Assembly: GCA_023473545.1 (NCBI GenBank)
Contig: JAMCXO010000013.1
Coordinates: forward strand, 1 to 44,209
From: Patescibacteria group bacterium
GTDB taxonomy: Bacteria; Patescibacteriota; Microgenomatia; Levybacterales; UBA12049
Direction: 5' to 3'
DNA: 44,209 bases
Shown here: positions 16,911 to 28,021 of the stretch, one piece after another
How positions within the stretch are numbered: the first letter of the stretch is position 1
Layout: every line of letters starts with the position of its first letter
Notes under the pieces: generated by a model
Told to the model about the DNA's origin: nothing
Database searches by the model: none
What the model saw: only the letters and a program-made list of their open reading frames with translations
Translations under genes and position numbers: made by a program

Positions 16911-17867
16911 TTAGGCCAGAATGAGTGATAAAAGCGCCATTCTCAGATACATGCCGTTTTTTATCTGGGAGTCAAGGTATACGGCGCGGGAATCTTCATC
17001 AACCTCTTTTTCGATCTCGTCCAGTCGTGGCAGCGCATGCATGACAATGCTTTTTTTCTTCATTTTCATAAGGAGCTTATTGTCAACATTATATTTTCCA
17101 TGCATTTTATTGTAGATTTTGGCGCTCATGAATTCTTTTTTTATGCGGGTAACATATAAGACATCGGCTTTTTCAATAATGTTAGTCAGCGTAGCGCTTT
17201 CACTAAACCTGACGTTTCTTTCTTTTAGGTAATCCCTGGTTGCGGCCTGAAGCCTGCCTTGGGACGGTGAAACAAAGGCTATCTCCGTTTGGGGAAAAAG
17301 CGATAAAAGTTTTGCCAGGGAATTTACCGGTCTGTAGCGGCCGAGTTCCCCAAAAAAAACGACCCGCAGGCCGTCTGTTTGTCCCAGTTCGTCTTTAATG
17401 GTATAAAGATCGTAAAGGGCTTGAGTCGGGTGTTCTCCTATGCCGTCTCCGGCGTTTATTACCGGTATGGAGGCAATATCGGCCGCATGTTTAACAATGC
17501 CGGTTTCCGGATGGCGGATAACCAAGATATCGGCGTAAGACGAGAATACCTTGATTGTGTCTTCAAAACTTTCCCCCTTGGCAACAGATGTGGTTTGCAT
17601 ATTTGGCAGGGGAATTACCGAACCGCCTAGGCGCTCCATTCCCGACGCAAAAGAGGCGAATGTTCTTGTTGAAGGCTCAAAAAAAAGCGGCGCCATAATC
17701 TTGCGCCGCAGGGTATTTAATCCGCCCTTAGCAATTACCGTCTTTCTAATCCGATCCGTTTTTTTAAAAATAATCTCAATGTCTTCTCTTGAGAATTGGG
17801 AGCAATCAATAATATCTTTACCTTTAAACTCAATCTTTATCCCGTTATGGTGACTTTTGCTTCCCAT
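16911..17867 (-). CDS. pyrB: aspartate carbamoyltransferase catalytic subunit
   Basis: FFEPSTRT carbamoyl-phosphate binding motif, HPTQ and HALPR motifs. Located upstream of carAB. Confidence 0.9.
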   Translation of the reverse strand: MGSKSHHNGIKIEFKGKDIIDCSQFSREDIEIIFKKTDRIRKTVIAKGGLNTLRRKIMAPLFFEPSTRTFASFASGMERLGGSVIPLPNMQTTSVAKGESFEDTIKVFSSYADILVIRHPETGIVKHAADIASIPVINAGDGIGEHPTQALYDLYTIKDELGQTDGLRVVFFGELGRYRPVNSLAKLLSLFPQTEIAFVSPSQGRLQAATRDYLKERNVRFSESATLTNIIEKADVLYVTRIKKEFMSAKIYNKMHGKYNVDNKLLMKMKKKSIVMHALPRLDEIEKEVDEDSRAVYLDSQIKNGMYLRMALLSLILA

Positions 17868-17931
17868 AAAAAATCCAGAGGTTTTTTGGTCTCCGGGATT
17901 TTAATTTAACAAATACCTTGTCTCTTGTCAA
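17868..17931 (-). promoter_or_regulatory. pyrB promoter plus a 5-prime hairpin/U6 element abutting the start codon
   Basis: On the minus strand: TTGACA (17931-17926), N17, TAAATT (17908-17903). Stem CCGGAG/CUCUGG (17896-17891 with 17880-17875) contains one G.U pair in the pyrB-sense RNA; the same position is an A.C mismatch on the other strand. U6 (17873-17868) follows, then AUG at 17867. Confidence 0.4.
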
Positions 17932-18005
17932 GCCCCGAAATAGCCCGTCCTGACGACCCGTTCGGGGGTTTGCCCCGTTGCGTGTGCCATACTATTCCAT
18001 AGCCT

Positions 18006-18758
18006 ATGGATTCAGGAAATGAGTATAAGAACGAACCGGAACCAAGCAGCTGCGTTGCCGATCAGGCAGCGGGGTTACGATCGGAGACAGTAATGACCTG
18101 GCGTTCACCGCTAGTTCTTCTCGCCGTTGGGTTCGTCGCTGTTGTCTTGATTGGCGGAGGCGCCTATCTTGGCCTGAACCAAAGCCGATCTACACCGCAA
18201 CCAGGCAAAACAATGACGCCTGCCAGCCGCTCCCGCCCAGCAAGTAACACACCAACTACATCACCACTTACTCCAACCTGGGCAGTTTCAGCTCAACCCC
18301 TCTTCCACCATCCGGCTGCGGCATTACCCACTTTTGTCCCTCTTGCTCAAATCACCCCTGCTCCTGTTGACGTGTCTACGTGGAAGGTGTATTCTAACGC
18401 CTCCTGGGGTCTTTCCGTGCGCTACCCATCCGATTGGACTCTTAGCGCTGATCGAGCGAACCCTCAAACGTGGGTCGCCTTCTATCCTCCATCCTCGGAC
18501 CCCAAGCTCCCCTCTCCCAATATCAGCTTCTCCTACTGGTCAGACAAACCATATCCGGCTGGTCTCCCGCAGAACATAATTGTTGATGGGATTTCCGGAA
18601 ACGAATCTGAGACCCCATCTGGCCAGCTTGGCTACCCGGGAAGCTACGAGATCCGTCTTCCTTACCGAACGGGCATGCTGGATTTTTCTGTCTCTGAGGA
18701 TCTTGACCTGAAAAGCTTCCTCAAGGCGATGCTGACGACCTTGATTCTGAAGCCCTAG
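18006..18758 (+). CDS. membrane-anchored Pro/Thr-rich protein of unknown function, compositionally foreign
   Basis: 250-aa ORF with one TM segment (LVLLAVGFVAVVLIGGGAYLGL), a P/T/S-rich linker, and a C-terminal globular domain (WKVYSNASWGLSVRYPSDWTL...). GC is visibly above 50 percent, against roughly 35-40 percent in the flanks (by eye, not computed). An alternative start is the ATG at 18093, which has a GGAG SD. Confidence 0.6.
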   Translation: MDSGNEYKNEPEPSSCVADQAAGLRSETVMTWRSPLVLLAVGFVAVVLIGGGAYLGLNQSRSTPQPGKTMTPASRSRPASNTPTTSPLTPTWAVSAQPLFHHPAAALPTFVPLAQITPAPVDVSTWKVYSNASWGLSVRYPSDWTLSADRANPQTWVAFYPPSSDPKLPSPNISFSYWSDKPYPAGLPQNIIVDGISGNESETPSGQLGYPGSYEIRLPYRTGMLDFSVSEDLDLKSFLKAMLTTLILKP

Positions 18759-18783
18759 CGATCACTCTTTCCTTACATGAAGC

Positions 18784-19086
18784 CATGCGCTTTAGCGCGT
18801 GGAGGAAGTTTGTCCACGTTCCTGTTTAGGTTGGTGTAAAATAAGGAAGTGAAGATAAAGGTACAAAGCGCATGTTGCCTATCAAACCCAGCACCATATA
18901 GTCTGGGTACCGAAATATCGAAGAAAAGTACTTGTCGCAGGGGTAAAAGAAACTACATTTGAACTTTATGACTTTATTATAAACAATTTGGATATTGTAG
19001 ACAAATTCAATGAAGATATTAACTTGTATCTACTTTTAAACTACGTACGTAAATCCTCAATAGTTAATTTGTCTAAAAGCTTGTGA
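18784..19086 (+). mobile_element. IS200/IS605-family tnpA relic (N-terminal half only, HUH motif destroyed) with an upstream hairpin
   Basis: Frame 18859-19086 has no start codon. It reads RYKAHVAYQTQHHIVWVPKYRRKVLVAGV...EDINLYLLLNYVRKSSIVNLSKSL. This is colinear with IS200 TnpA (..YHIVFAPKYRR.. and ..DHIHMLLEIPPKMSVSSFMGYLKG), but HxH has become NxY and the catalytic-Tyr half is missing. Imperfect hairpin CATGCGC-TTTA-GCGCGTG at 18784-18801. Confidence 0.65.
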
Positions 19087-19572
19087 TAAAATTCGTATTT
19101 GTTTTTTTGATACTTCCTGAAAGATTTATCCTTTAGACTTTCTTTTAATTTTTCGTACTTTTTTCTTAACGATTTGTTTTTCGAGAGGGCTTCAAAAACA
19201 GCGATTTGTCTTCGCATTGATTCGGAGTTTGGGTCGGTTAAATACAACTCGATTTCGTGTCCTTCTGCCTCAAGCCTCCAAGTAATTGAATCCTTCTTGC
19301 TACTCTTAGGAGTTCCAAAGAGCTTAATTAAAAAAGGAGTGAATTTATTGAAATTTTCCGTGGAAGAAAAATATAAATATCAATATCTCCCTGTCCCGAT
19401 ATTTCCAATGCCGAGGCTCCCATATGTCTGGTCTCAAGATTGGAAGAGCCTGCCGTACTTTTTTAATTATGCCCTCAGCGATTTGGGTGATTTTTTTATC
19501 AAAAGGCTTGACAGTAACCTTTTTGTCTTCCGGTATCTTTTTTAGAAAATCTTCTTCATCCCAAGTAAGCAT
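19041..19572 (-). pseudogene. GrpB-like nucleotidyltransferase-fold gene broken by at least two frameshifts
   Basis: Three minus-strand frames must be joined. (1) MLTWDEEDFLKKIPEDKKVTVKPFDKKITQIAEGIIKKVRQALP. (2) LETRHMGASALEISGQGDIDIYIFLP, which carries the H.G[AS][ST]A...G..DIDI NTase motif. (3) NKFTPFLIKLFGTPKSSKKDSITWRLEAEGHEIELYLTDPNSESMRRQIAVFEALSKNKSLRKKYEKLK... The ORF track shows only two fragments (19345-19572 and 19041-19247). Confidence 0.65.
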
Positions 19573-19640
19573 GTTTATAGTTTACCAAATTGACTTAATT
19601 ATACCCCTCTTGTCAAGCACCCAATTTGTTTGTTTCTGAC

Positions 19641-20474
19641 CTAGTCCGCCAGGTTTTTTAGGAGCATGGCCACATTTACAGGGCCTACTCCCCCGGGCGT
19701 TGGAGTATAAAAAGAAGCGATATCCTTGATTTCATTTTCATCATAGTCCCCGCAAAGTTTTCCGTTTTCATTATGGAGTCCTATACCGATTAGGATCACT
19801 CCTTTTTTAATTAAATTGGCTCTTATGACGGATTTTTTGCCGACAGCGGAAATGATAATATCGGCGTTCTTTAATAATTCTTTTTTGTTGCGGGTTTTGG
19901 TGTCAATTACATTTATATTTAATCCTTTCTTCCTAAAGAAATTTATAACCGGTCCTCCCCCCGTAGCCCCCTTGCCTATTATTAAAATATCTTTTGTTGA
20001 TAACCATCCAATAAATTTATGTATATTTTTATTGTTCGAATTGCGCGATGATCTAAAAATGTATTCTAAAATGTAATTTACTGCCAGGGCAATTGGAGAA
20101 TCGTATTTTGAATCGGGTCTGAAACCGTCAACATCCTTGTCCGCGGCAACAGCCATTATGATAGAATCTTTATCAAGATGTTTCGGTAAGGGCTGCTGGA
20201 TTATAATTCCGTTAACGGAAGAAGAATTTAATTTATTTATTAGCTTAATTATCGCGTCATCCTCTACCGATTCACGAAAGCGGTAGATGGTTGTTTGTAT
20301 GCCTAGGATTTGGGCTTTTTTTTCTTTTTGTCCGATGTAGGATTTTGAAGAAAGGTCACTGCCAATATAAATAATTGCCAGGCGCGGAATCTTGCCCCTT
20401 TTTCTAAGCTCATTTGTTTTCCTGCCCAGTCTTTTCAGAATGTTGCCGGCTAGGTTTTTGCCATTTAACATCAT
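19641..20474 (-). CDS. folD: bifunctional methylenetetrahydrofolate dehydrogenase/cyclohydrolase
   Basis: Colinear with FolD ([40 protein letters not shown]). The ATG at 20474 overlaps the gyrA TGA stop (ATGA). Confidence 0.9.
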   Translation of the reverse strand: MMLNGKNLAGNILKRLGRKTNELRKRGKIPRLAIIYIGSDLSSKSYIGQKEKKAQILGIQTTIYRFRESVEDDAIIKLINKLNSSSVNGIIIQQPLPKHLDKDSIIMAVAADKDVDGFRPDSKYDSPIALAVNYILEYIFRSSRNSNNKNIHKFIGWLSTKDILIIGKGATGGGPVINFFRKKGLNINVIDTKTRNKKELLKNADIIISAVGKKSVIRANLIKKGVILIGIGLHNENGKLCGDYDENEIKDIASFYTPTPGGVGPVNVAMLLKNLAD

Positions 20475-22945
20475 TGTTCTTTTTCGATACAACTGGCCGA
20501 AGCAACGTGGTCATTTGGGTTGGAAAATCTCATCAGTATCACGCCCTGTGTGTTTCTCGAGAGTTGCGGTATAGAGGAAAGCTCGAGTTTAACCACCTGT
20601 CCTTTTTGCGATGTGATGATAATTTGCGTTGCCTTCTCCGGGACTACCTGGACAAACGCAGCCCTGCCTGTTTTTGGGGTAATCTTTGCCACTTTTATTC
20701 CCTGTCCTCCCCTTCCCTGTCCCCTGAATTCACTGGTTGAGGTTTTTTTGCCCAGCCCGTTATCCATAATTGTTAAGAGGTCGGGTTTCGCGTTTTTGTC
20801 CACAACATCCATGCCTATGACAATGTCTTTTTCCCGAAGTTTTATCCCCCGAACGCCTGTGGTGCTGCGTCCCATTGGCCTGACAGCCGTTTCCGAAAAT
20901 CTGATCGCTTTTCCTTCGTGTGTTGTTAAGATAACATCCTGATTGCCGTTGGTTAATCTGCTCCATGCCAGCTCATCGCCTTTGGCAAGGGTTATGGCGG
21001 CAATGCCGTTTCTCCGTATGTTTTCAAATTCGGTTATGGCGGTTTTTTTGACCGTGCCTTTTTTAGTGGTCAGAAATATATATTGTCCGTTAGACGGATT
21101 TTTCTCTCTGTTTTTAACAGAGTAATTAATAAATGATTCAACCCTTTCTCCCTGCTCGATATTTATAAGATTTACAATGGCGGTTCCTTTACTGGTTCTG
21201 TTGCTGTCCGTGATTTCAAAGGCCCTTAGCTGGTAGGCTTTCCCTTTGTTGGTAAAAAAGAGTATATTGTCGTGGGTCTGAGCGTAACGGATTGAGAATA
21301 TACCGTCCTCATCCTTGGTGGTCATGCCTTTTATTCCTTTTCCTCCTCTTTGCTGCACCCTAAAACTGCCAAGGCTTTGCCTTTTTATATACCCTGTGTT
21401 GGTTATGGTTATAACAGTTGGTTCGTTTTGGATAAGATCTTCTTCGGAAAACTCCCCTACCTTTCCCTTAAAAACCCTTGTCCGGCGCGGATCCTGATAC
21501 TTTTCTTTTAGATTTTGCAGTTCGTGTTTTATAACAGTTAAAATTTCCCCTGAGTGGGAAAGGAGTTTTTCTAAATACTCAATCGTTTCTTTAATCATTT
21601 GATATTCATCTTCCAGTTTTTGCCTCTCAAGCGCCGCCAGGCGGCGAAGCTGCATGTCCAGGATCGCGGTTGCCTGAAGGGGAGAGAGTTTAAAGCGCTC
21701 CATAAGGTTTGTTTTTGCTTCTTCCTGGGTTTTTGATGCCCTGATCAGTTTTATAACAGCATCTATATTGTCAACCGCGATCTTTAGCCCCTCCAGTATA
21801 TGGAGCCTTGATTTCGCCTCCCGCAGTTCGAACTCCGACCTTCTTTTAACTATAAGAAATCTATGCCTTAGGTATTCTTCCAGGATGGATTTAAGGTTAA
21901 GAGTTTGAGGAGTGCCGTCTACCAAAGCGACTAAATTTGCCGGAAACACGGTTTGCAGACTGGTATTTTTAAAAAGATTATTGAGAACCTTTTTGGGAGA
22001 AGCGTCCCGTTTTAGCTCCACCATTATTCTGATGCCGTGTCTGTCCGATTCGTCCCGAAGATCTGTTATGCCTTCGATTTTTTTGTCCTTGGCCAACTCA
22101 GCGATCCGGGCAACCAAAAGGGCCTTGTTGACTTGGTATGGAAGCTCCGTGATGATAATAGCCGATTTTCCGTTGCCGATTTCCTCGATTTCCGCTTTTC
22201 CCCTGATAGTAATTTTGCCTTTGCCGCTTGTATAAACGTTTTTAATCTCGTTGAGATCATAAATTGCCCCGTGGGTTGGGAAGTCGGGTCCTTTTATAAA
22301 TTCCAGAAGCTCGTCAATGGTAACGGAGGAGGTTAAAGCGGAAGGATCCGTTTTCCCGATCATAAATACCAAAGCGTCAACCACCTCCGCCAGATTATGA
22401 GGAGGAATCTTGGTTGCCATGCCCACGGCAATTCCTTCACTGCCCATGAGTAAAAGATTAGGCAGTTTTCCTGGCAGAAAGGTTGGTTCTTTGAGGCTCG
22501 CGTCAAAGTTTGGCAGATGGTCCACGGTTTCTTTGTCTATGTCAAAAAGCATCTCCGCTGTTATGGCGGAAAGCCGCGCCTCCGTGTAGCGCATTGCTGC
22601 CGGGGGGTCGCCGTCCAGGGAACCAAAATTTCCCTGCCCGTCTATCAACGGGTAGCGCATAGAAAAGTCTTGAGCTAAGCGAACAAGCGCGTCATAGATA
22701 GGCATGTCGCCATGGGGATGATATTTTCCCATCACCTCGCCGACAATCTTGGCGCTTTTGGCGTACTTGGCGCTGTGGGCTAAACTCATTTCATGCATGG
22801 CATAAAGGATTCTGCGGTGCACCGGTTTTAGCCCGTCCCGAACATCGGGCAGGGCGCGGGCGACAATCACGGACATGGCGTAGTCAAGGTACGCCCGCTT
22901 CATCTCGATAGTTATTTCTGTTTTTGCAAGTTTACCAATATCCAT
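20471..22945 (-). CDS. gyrA: DNA gyrase subunit A
   Basis: [23 protein letters not shown] and the active-site region AAMRYTE, with C-terminal beta-pinwheel repeats. 824 aa. Confidence 0.97.
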   Translation of the reverse strand: MDIGKLAKTEITIEMKRAYLDYAMSVIVARALPDVRDGLKPVHRRILYAMHEMSLAHSAKYAKSAKIVGEVMGKYHPHGDMPIYDALVRLAQDFSMRYPLIDGQGNFGSLDGDPPAAMRYTEARLSAITAEMLFDIDKETVDHLPNFDASLKEPTFLPGKLPNLLLMGSEGIAVGMATKIPPHNLAEVVDALVFMIGKTDPSALTSSVTIDELLEFIKGPDFPTHGAIYDLNEIKNVYTSGKGKITIRGKAEIEEIGNGKSAIIITELPYQVNKALLVARIAELAKDKKIEGITDLRDESDRHGIRIMVELKRDASPKKVLNNLFKNTSLQTVFPANLVALVDGTPQTLNLKSILEEYLRHRFLIVKRRSEFELREAKSRLHILEGLKIAVDNIDAVIKLIRASKTQEEAKTNLMERFKLSPLQATAILDMQLRRLAALERQKLEDEYQMIKETIEYLEKLLSHSGEILTVIKHELQNLKEKYQDPRRTRVFKGKVGEFSEEDLIQNEPTVITITNTGYIKRQSLGSFRVQQRGGKGIKGMTTKDEDGIFSIRYAQTHDNILFFTNKGKAYQLRAFEITDSNRTSKGTAIVNLINIEQGERVESFINYSVKNREKNPSNGQYIFLTTKKGTVKKTAITEFENIRRNGIAAITLAKGDELAWSRLTNGNQDVILTTHEGKAIRFSETAVRPMGRSTTGVRGIKLREKDIVIGMDVVDKNAKPDLLTIMDNGLGKKTSTSEFRGQGRGGQGIKVAKITPKTGRAAFVQVVPEKATQIIITSQKGQVVKLELSSIPQLSRNTQGVILMRFSNPNDHVASASCIEKEQ

Positions 22946-23019
22946 AACAAGAAAAATTTCTAATTTTTAATTCCTGCTTTTTAAGCAAATCCAATTTTTT
23001 AAAAATTTCAAATTAAAAA

Positions 23020-23532
23020 TTATTTAACAGATCTTTTTACCGCTTTGATTGCCGCTTCTTTTCCTTTCCACTCTTTTATTTTTACCCACTTGCCCGGTTC
23101 TAAGGTCTTGTAGTTTTCAAAAAAATGCCTTATTTTATTTTTTAGCGAATCAGGCAGGGTATCTATTGTCAGTTCTCCATAAAAAGGATCAGCTTTTTTG
23201 GCCGGGACAGCCAGAATCTTAGTGTCAATTCCGGCCTCATCCTCCATTTCAAGCATGCCTATTACTATTGAGGGTATAACGCTGCCGGGCATTAGAGCCT
23301 GTTCACTTAAAACCAGCGCGTCAATCGGATCCCCGTCTTCGGCAAGAGTGTTTGGAATAAAGCCGTAATTAAACGGATAATTCATTGCCGTATATAAAAA
23401 TCTGTCTACAAAAATTACTCCACTTTTTTTGTCCAATTCGTACTTTATGTTTGAATCTTTCGGTATTTCCACCAGAATATTGACCTCGCCTTGGTCGGGA
23501 TTTTTGCCGATTGAAATTTTTTTAATATCCAT
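23020..23532 (-). CDS. ppa: inorganic pyrophosphatase (family I)
   Basis: YPFNYGFIP and EDGDPIDALV motifs. The start was set at the ATG at 23532, 9 nt after SD GAGGGGG. The GTG at 23541 abuts the SD. Confidence 0.9.
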   Translation of the reverse strand: MDIKKISIGKNPDQGEVNILVEIPKDSNIKYELDKKSGVIFVDRFLYTAMNYPFNYGFIPNTLAEDGDPIDALVLSEQALMPGSVIPSIVIGMLEMEDEAGIDTKILAVPAKKADPFYGELTIDTLPDSLKNKIRHFFENYKTLEPGKWVKIKEWKGKEAAIKAVKRSVK

Positions 23533-23546
23533 TTTTCTCACCCCCT

Positions 23547-25505
<1,959 letters not shown>

Positions 25506-25508
25506 CTA

Positions 25509-25537
25509 TATTATCATAATAACAAATACTTAGGCAA
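25509..25537 (-). promoter_or_regulatory. sigma70-type promoter of gyrB
   Basis: On the minus strand: TTGCCT (25537-25532), N17, GATAAT (25514-25509), then 9 nt to the ATG at 25499. Confidence 0.5.
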
Positions 25538-25563
25538 TTTTCTATAGAAGTTTTTGAGAGATT

Positions 25564-26220
25564 CTATGAGATTTTGAGAAGGAAGTGTTCAATGGCCAGC
25601 CTGGGGTTAACATTGGTTGTTTTGATTAGGGTATAGATCTTCTGTCCCTCGGGCAGTATCATTTTGGCGAAATTCGTCTCTCTGTTTTTGATGAGTTCCG
25701 TTTCCGCTTCTTTTATCACCTGTTCAACAAAAATAAGCGCTGTTTCTTTGGTTTTTCCATTATCCTGGGCTAATTTCAGTTTTTTGTTAATATCCGCTGA
25801 TAATACCGTATTCAGCTTTTCTTCAAACCCCTGTCCTTTTTCTTCCGATAATCTTTTTCGCTCGTCTCTGATTCTTACAACCTCGCATCTTGACACAACC
25901 GTCGGCAGCAGATTTTCAAGACTTTCGGCCAAAAGAACTATAAACGCGCTGTCGGGGGGCTCCTCAAGTGTTTTAAGAAGGGCGTTTTGAGCCTCGATTG
26001 TCAGAAGATCGGCATTTTCTATAACAACTATTTTTTTGTTTCCTTTGCCCGGGGTAAGAAAAATTGTTTCTTTAATTCTTCTTGCCTCTCCTATTCCGAT
26101 AGAGCTCTCCCCCACTATTTTTGATACCTCAAACCTTGAAATCCCGTATTTTTCTCGGATTTTTTCTATATATTTTTGGCTTTTTTCTTTGCTGTTTGCG
26201 GCAATAAGGATACTCTTCAT
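25564..26220 (-). CDS. holB: DNA polymerase III delta-prime subunit-like protein (short form)
   Basis: The clamp-loader signature NALLKTLEEPP and sensor region SRC (TVVSRCEVV) are present. It is only 218 aa and has no obvious Walker A. Confidence 0.7.
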   Translation of the reverse strand: MKSILIAANSKEKSQKYIEKIREKYGISRFEVSKIVGESSIGIGEARRIKETIFLTPGKGNKKIVVIENADLLTIEAQNALLKTLEEPPDSAFIVLLAESLENLLPTVVSRCEVVRIRDERKRLSEEKGQGFEEKLNTVLSADINKKLKLAQDNGKTKETALIFVEQVIKEAETELIKNRETNFAKMILPEGQKIYTLIKTTNVNPRLAIEHFLLKIS

Positions 26221-26225
26221 CTTCC

Positions 26226-26254
26226 TTGACAGTATAGTCTATTTTACGTATTAT
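26226..26254 (+). promoter_or_regulatory. sigma70-type promoter of the pilB operon
   Basis: TTGACA (26226-26231), N17, TATTAT (26249-26254), then 7 nt to the ATG at 26262. Confidence 0.65.
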
Positions 26255-26261
26255 TTAAATA

Positions 26262-28019
26262 ATGCCTACTGCTTACGCCAATAGCATTTCCCCTTCCGCG
26301 GCCGGGTCAGGCACGGAGGGTCCTAAGACTATTCTCGACATTCTTTTGTCGGAAAATTTAATAACCTCAGAAAAGTACCAGGAAATAAAGGTAAAAAGCA
26401 TCAATGAGGAGAAGCCCTTGGATCAGATACTGGAATCGCAGAATATTGTTCCGGAGGAAAAAATAGTTGAGGCAAAAGCCAGGCTTTTGGGAATACCGTT
26501 TATTTCCTTATCCAACGCGACCTTTAATCCGCAGGCCTTAAGCTATGTGCCAAGAGCCGTTGCCGAGCGTTTTTCCATTATCCCCTTTTTCTTTGATGAA
26601 CGCACCGGCACGCTGTTTCTGGCCATGAGCAATCCCGTTGATCTTGAGGCAGCCTCTTTTGTTAAACAAAGAACAGGTCTAAACGTTAAAACCTTTGCCG
26701 CCTCAAAATCGGATGTGGAATCGGCCATTTTTAAGGAGTACAGGCAGGAATTGGTCGGAGAAGTGGGGGCGGCCCTAAAAGAAACGGAAAACGTTACCCC
26801 TTCGGTAAAGACAATCAAAAGCAGTAATATCGCCCAAATTATTAAAGAAGCGCCTATCGCCAAGATTGTTTCAACCATACTGGAGTATGCTGTTACAAGC
26901 AGGGCCTCCGATGTGCATATAGAGCCTTTAGAAGACAGGGTAAGGGTTAGATACAGAATAGACGGTATCCTTTATGACAGGCTTAGTCTTCCCAGGGTAG
27001 TTCAGGAGTCTCTTGTCTCCAGGATAAAAATTCTATCCCAGTTAAAAATTGACGAGCATAGAATCCCCCAGGATGGAAGATTTAATTTTAAATTCGGGAG
27101 GGAGGAGGTTGACCTTCGTATCTCTATTCTGCCTACCGTGTATGGGGAAAAAATAGTCATGAGGCTTCTTAGAAAATCAGGAGGAGTTCCCACCCTGGCG
27201 GAGTTGGGATTGGAAGGGCCCAGTCTTAAAAATCTGGAAACCGCTATTCTTAGACCCCACGGCATTATTATAGTCTGCGGACCAACAGGGTCGGGTAAAA
27301 CAACCACCCTTTACTCGGTCCTTTTTAGACTGAATACAACCAGGGTTAATATTATGTCGCTTGAAGACCCCGTGGAATACCAGATTCCGGGGGTTAATCA
27401 GGTTCAGATAAACCCGAATGTCGGGCTGACGTTCGCAACAGGGCTTAGGGCGTTTCTGCGTCAGGATCCAAACATTATTCTGGTTGGGGAAATACGCGAT
27501 AAGGAAACAACCGAACTATCCCTGCAGGCCGCCCTAACAGGGCATTTGGTCTTTTCAACCCTTCACACCTCAAACGCGGCCGGGGCGCTTCCCCGTCTTC
27601 TGGATTTGGGAGCCGAAAGTTTTCTTTTGGCATCAACCATGAATGCCTTAGTCGGACAAAGAATTGTCCGCAAGACATGCTCATTCTGTAAAATTGCCTA
27701 CTCCCCGCCCCCGGCCATCCTCGAAGAGGTCAAAAGCACCCTGGGTAGCCTTTTGCCGGACCCGACCGATTTAAAGTTTTATAAAGGCAAGGGGTGTTCC
27801 CAGTGCGAGAATTTAGGCTATATGGGCAGGATTGGTATTTTTGAGGTATTGCCTGTTAGCGAGCGAATTGCTAGACTTGTACTTGAACATCCGGATAGTG
27901 ATACAATAGAAAAAGAGGCAATAGAGGAAGGAATGATTACGATGAAAAGGGACGGATACCTAAAAGTACTTAAGGGATTAACAACCATCGAGGAGGTAAT
28001 AAGGGTTGCCCAGGAGTAA
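26262..28019 (+). CDS. pilB: type IV pilus assembly ATPase PilB (GspE family)
   Basis: N-terminal GSPII_E-N domain, Walker A GPTGSGKTTTLYS, Asp/His boxes (ILVGEIRD, LVFSTLHT), and a tetracysteine motif CSFC...CSQC. Confidence 0.92.
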   Translation: MPTAYANSISPSAAGSGTEGPKTILDILLSENLITSEKYQEIKVKSINEEKPLDQILESQNIVPEEKIVEAKARLLGIPFISLSNATFNPQALSYVPRAVAERFSIIPFFFDERTGTLFLAMSNPVDLEAASFVKQRTGLNVKTFAASKSDVESAIFKEYRQELVGEVGAALKETENVTPSVKTIKSSNIAQIIKEAPIAKIVSTILEYAVTSRASDVHIEPLEDRVRVRYRIDGILYDRLSLPRVVQESLVSRIKILSQLKIDEHRIPQDGRFNFKFGREEVDLRISILPTVYGEKIVMRLLRKSGGVPTLAELGLEGPSLKNLETAILRPHGIIIVCGPTGSGKTTTLYSVLFRLNTTRVNIMSLEDPVEYQIPGVNQVQINPNVGLTFATGLRAFLRQDPNIILVGEIRDKETTELSLQAALTGHLVFSTLHTSNAAGALPRLLDLGAESFLLASTMNALVGQRIVRKTCSFCKIAYSPPPAILEEVKSTLGSLLPDPTDLKFYKGKGCSQCENLGYMGRIGIFEVLPVSERIARLVLEHPDSDTIEKEAIEEGMITMKRDGYLKVLKGLTTIEEVIRVAQE

Positions 28020-28021
28020 AT

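Noticed and set aside
17871-17883. PyrR-binding-loop-like sequence AAUCCAGAGG upstream of pyrB.
   Set aside because: The match to the ARUCCAGAGAGG-type motif is on the plus strand, which is antisense to pyrB. The sense RNA reads CCUCUGGAUU instead. There is no pyrR gene in the window.
19345-19440. The in-frame TGA inside the GrpB-like gene as evidence for UGA recoding (genetic code 4 or 25).
   Set aside because: gyrA, pilD and the pseudopilin at 36130 all terminate at TGA at sensible positions. The GrpB-like gene also needs frame changes, not just stop readthrough, so a pseudogene is the simpler explanation.
20520-20942. Many 60-160-aa ORFs antisense to, or out of frame with, long conserved genes. 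Examples: 20520-20942 and 21912-22235 in gyrA; 23580-24047 and 23971-24465 in gyrB; 12793-13128 and 14857-15102 in carB; 11497-11931 and 11805-12188 in add; 26543-26878 and 27002-27307 in pilB.
   Set aside because: Each lies entirely inside a gene with unmistakable family motifs on the other strand or in another frame. Their translations are low-complexity or Ser/Leu/Phe-rich, as expected for shadow ORFs. None has promoter or SD support.
26221-26261. Replication origin at the minus-to-plus strand switch between holB and pilB, with gyrB and gyrA nearby.
   Set aside because: The intergenic region is only 41 bp and is fully accounted for by divergent promoters. There are no DnaA boxes or AT-rich unwinding element.
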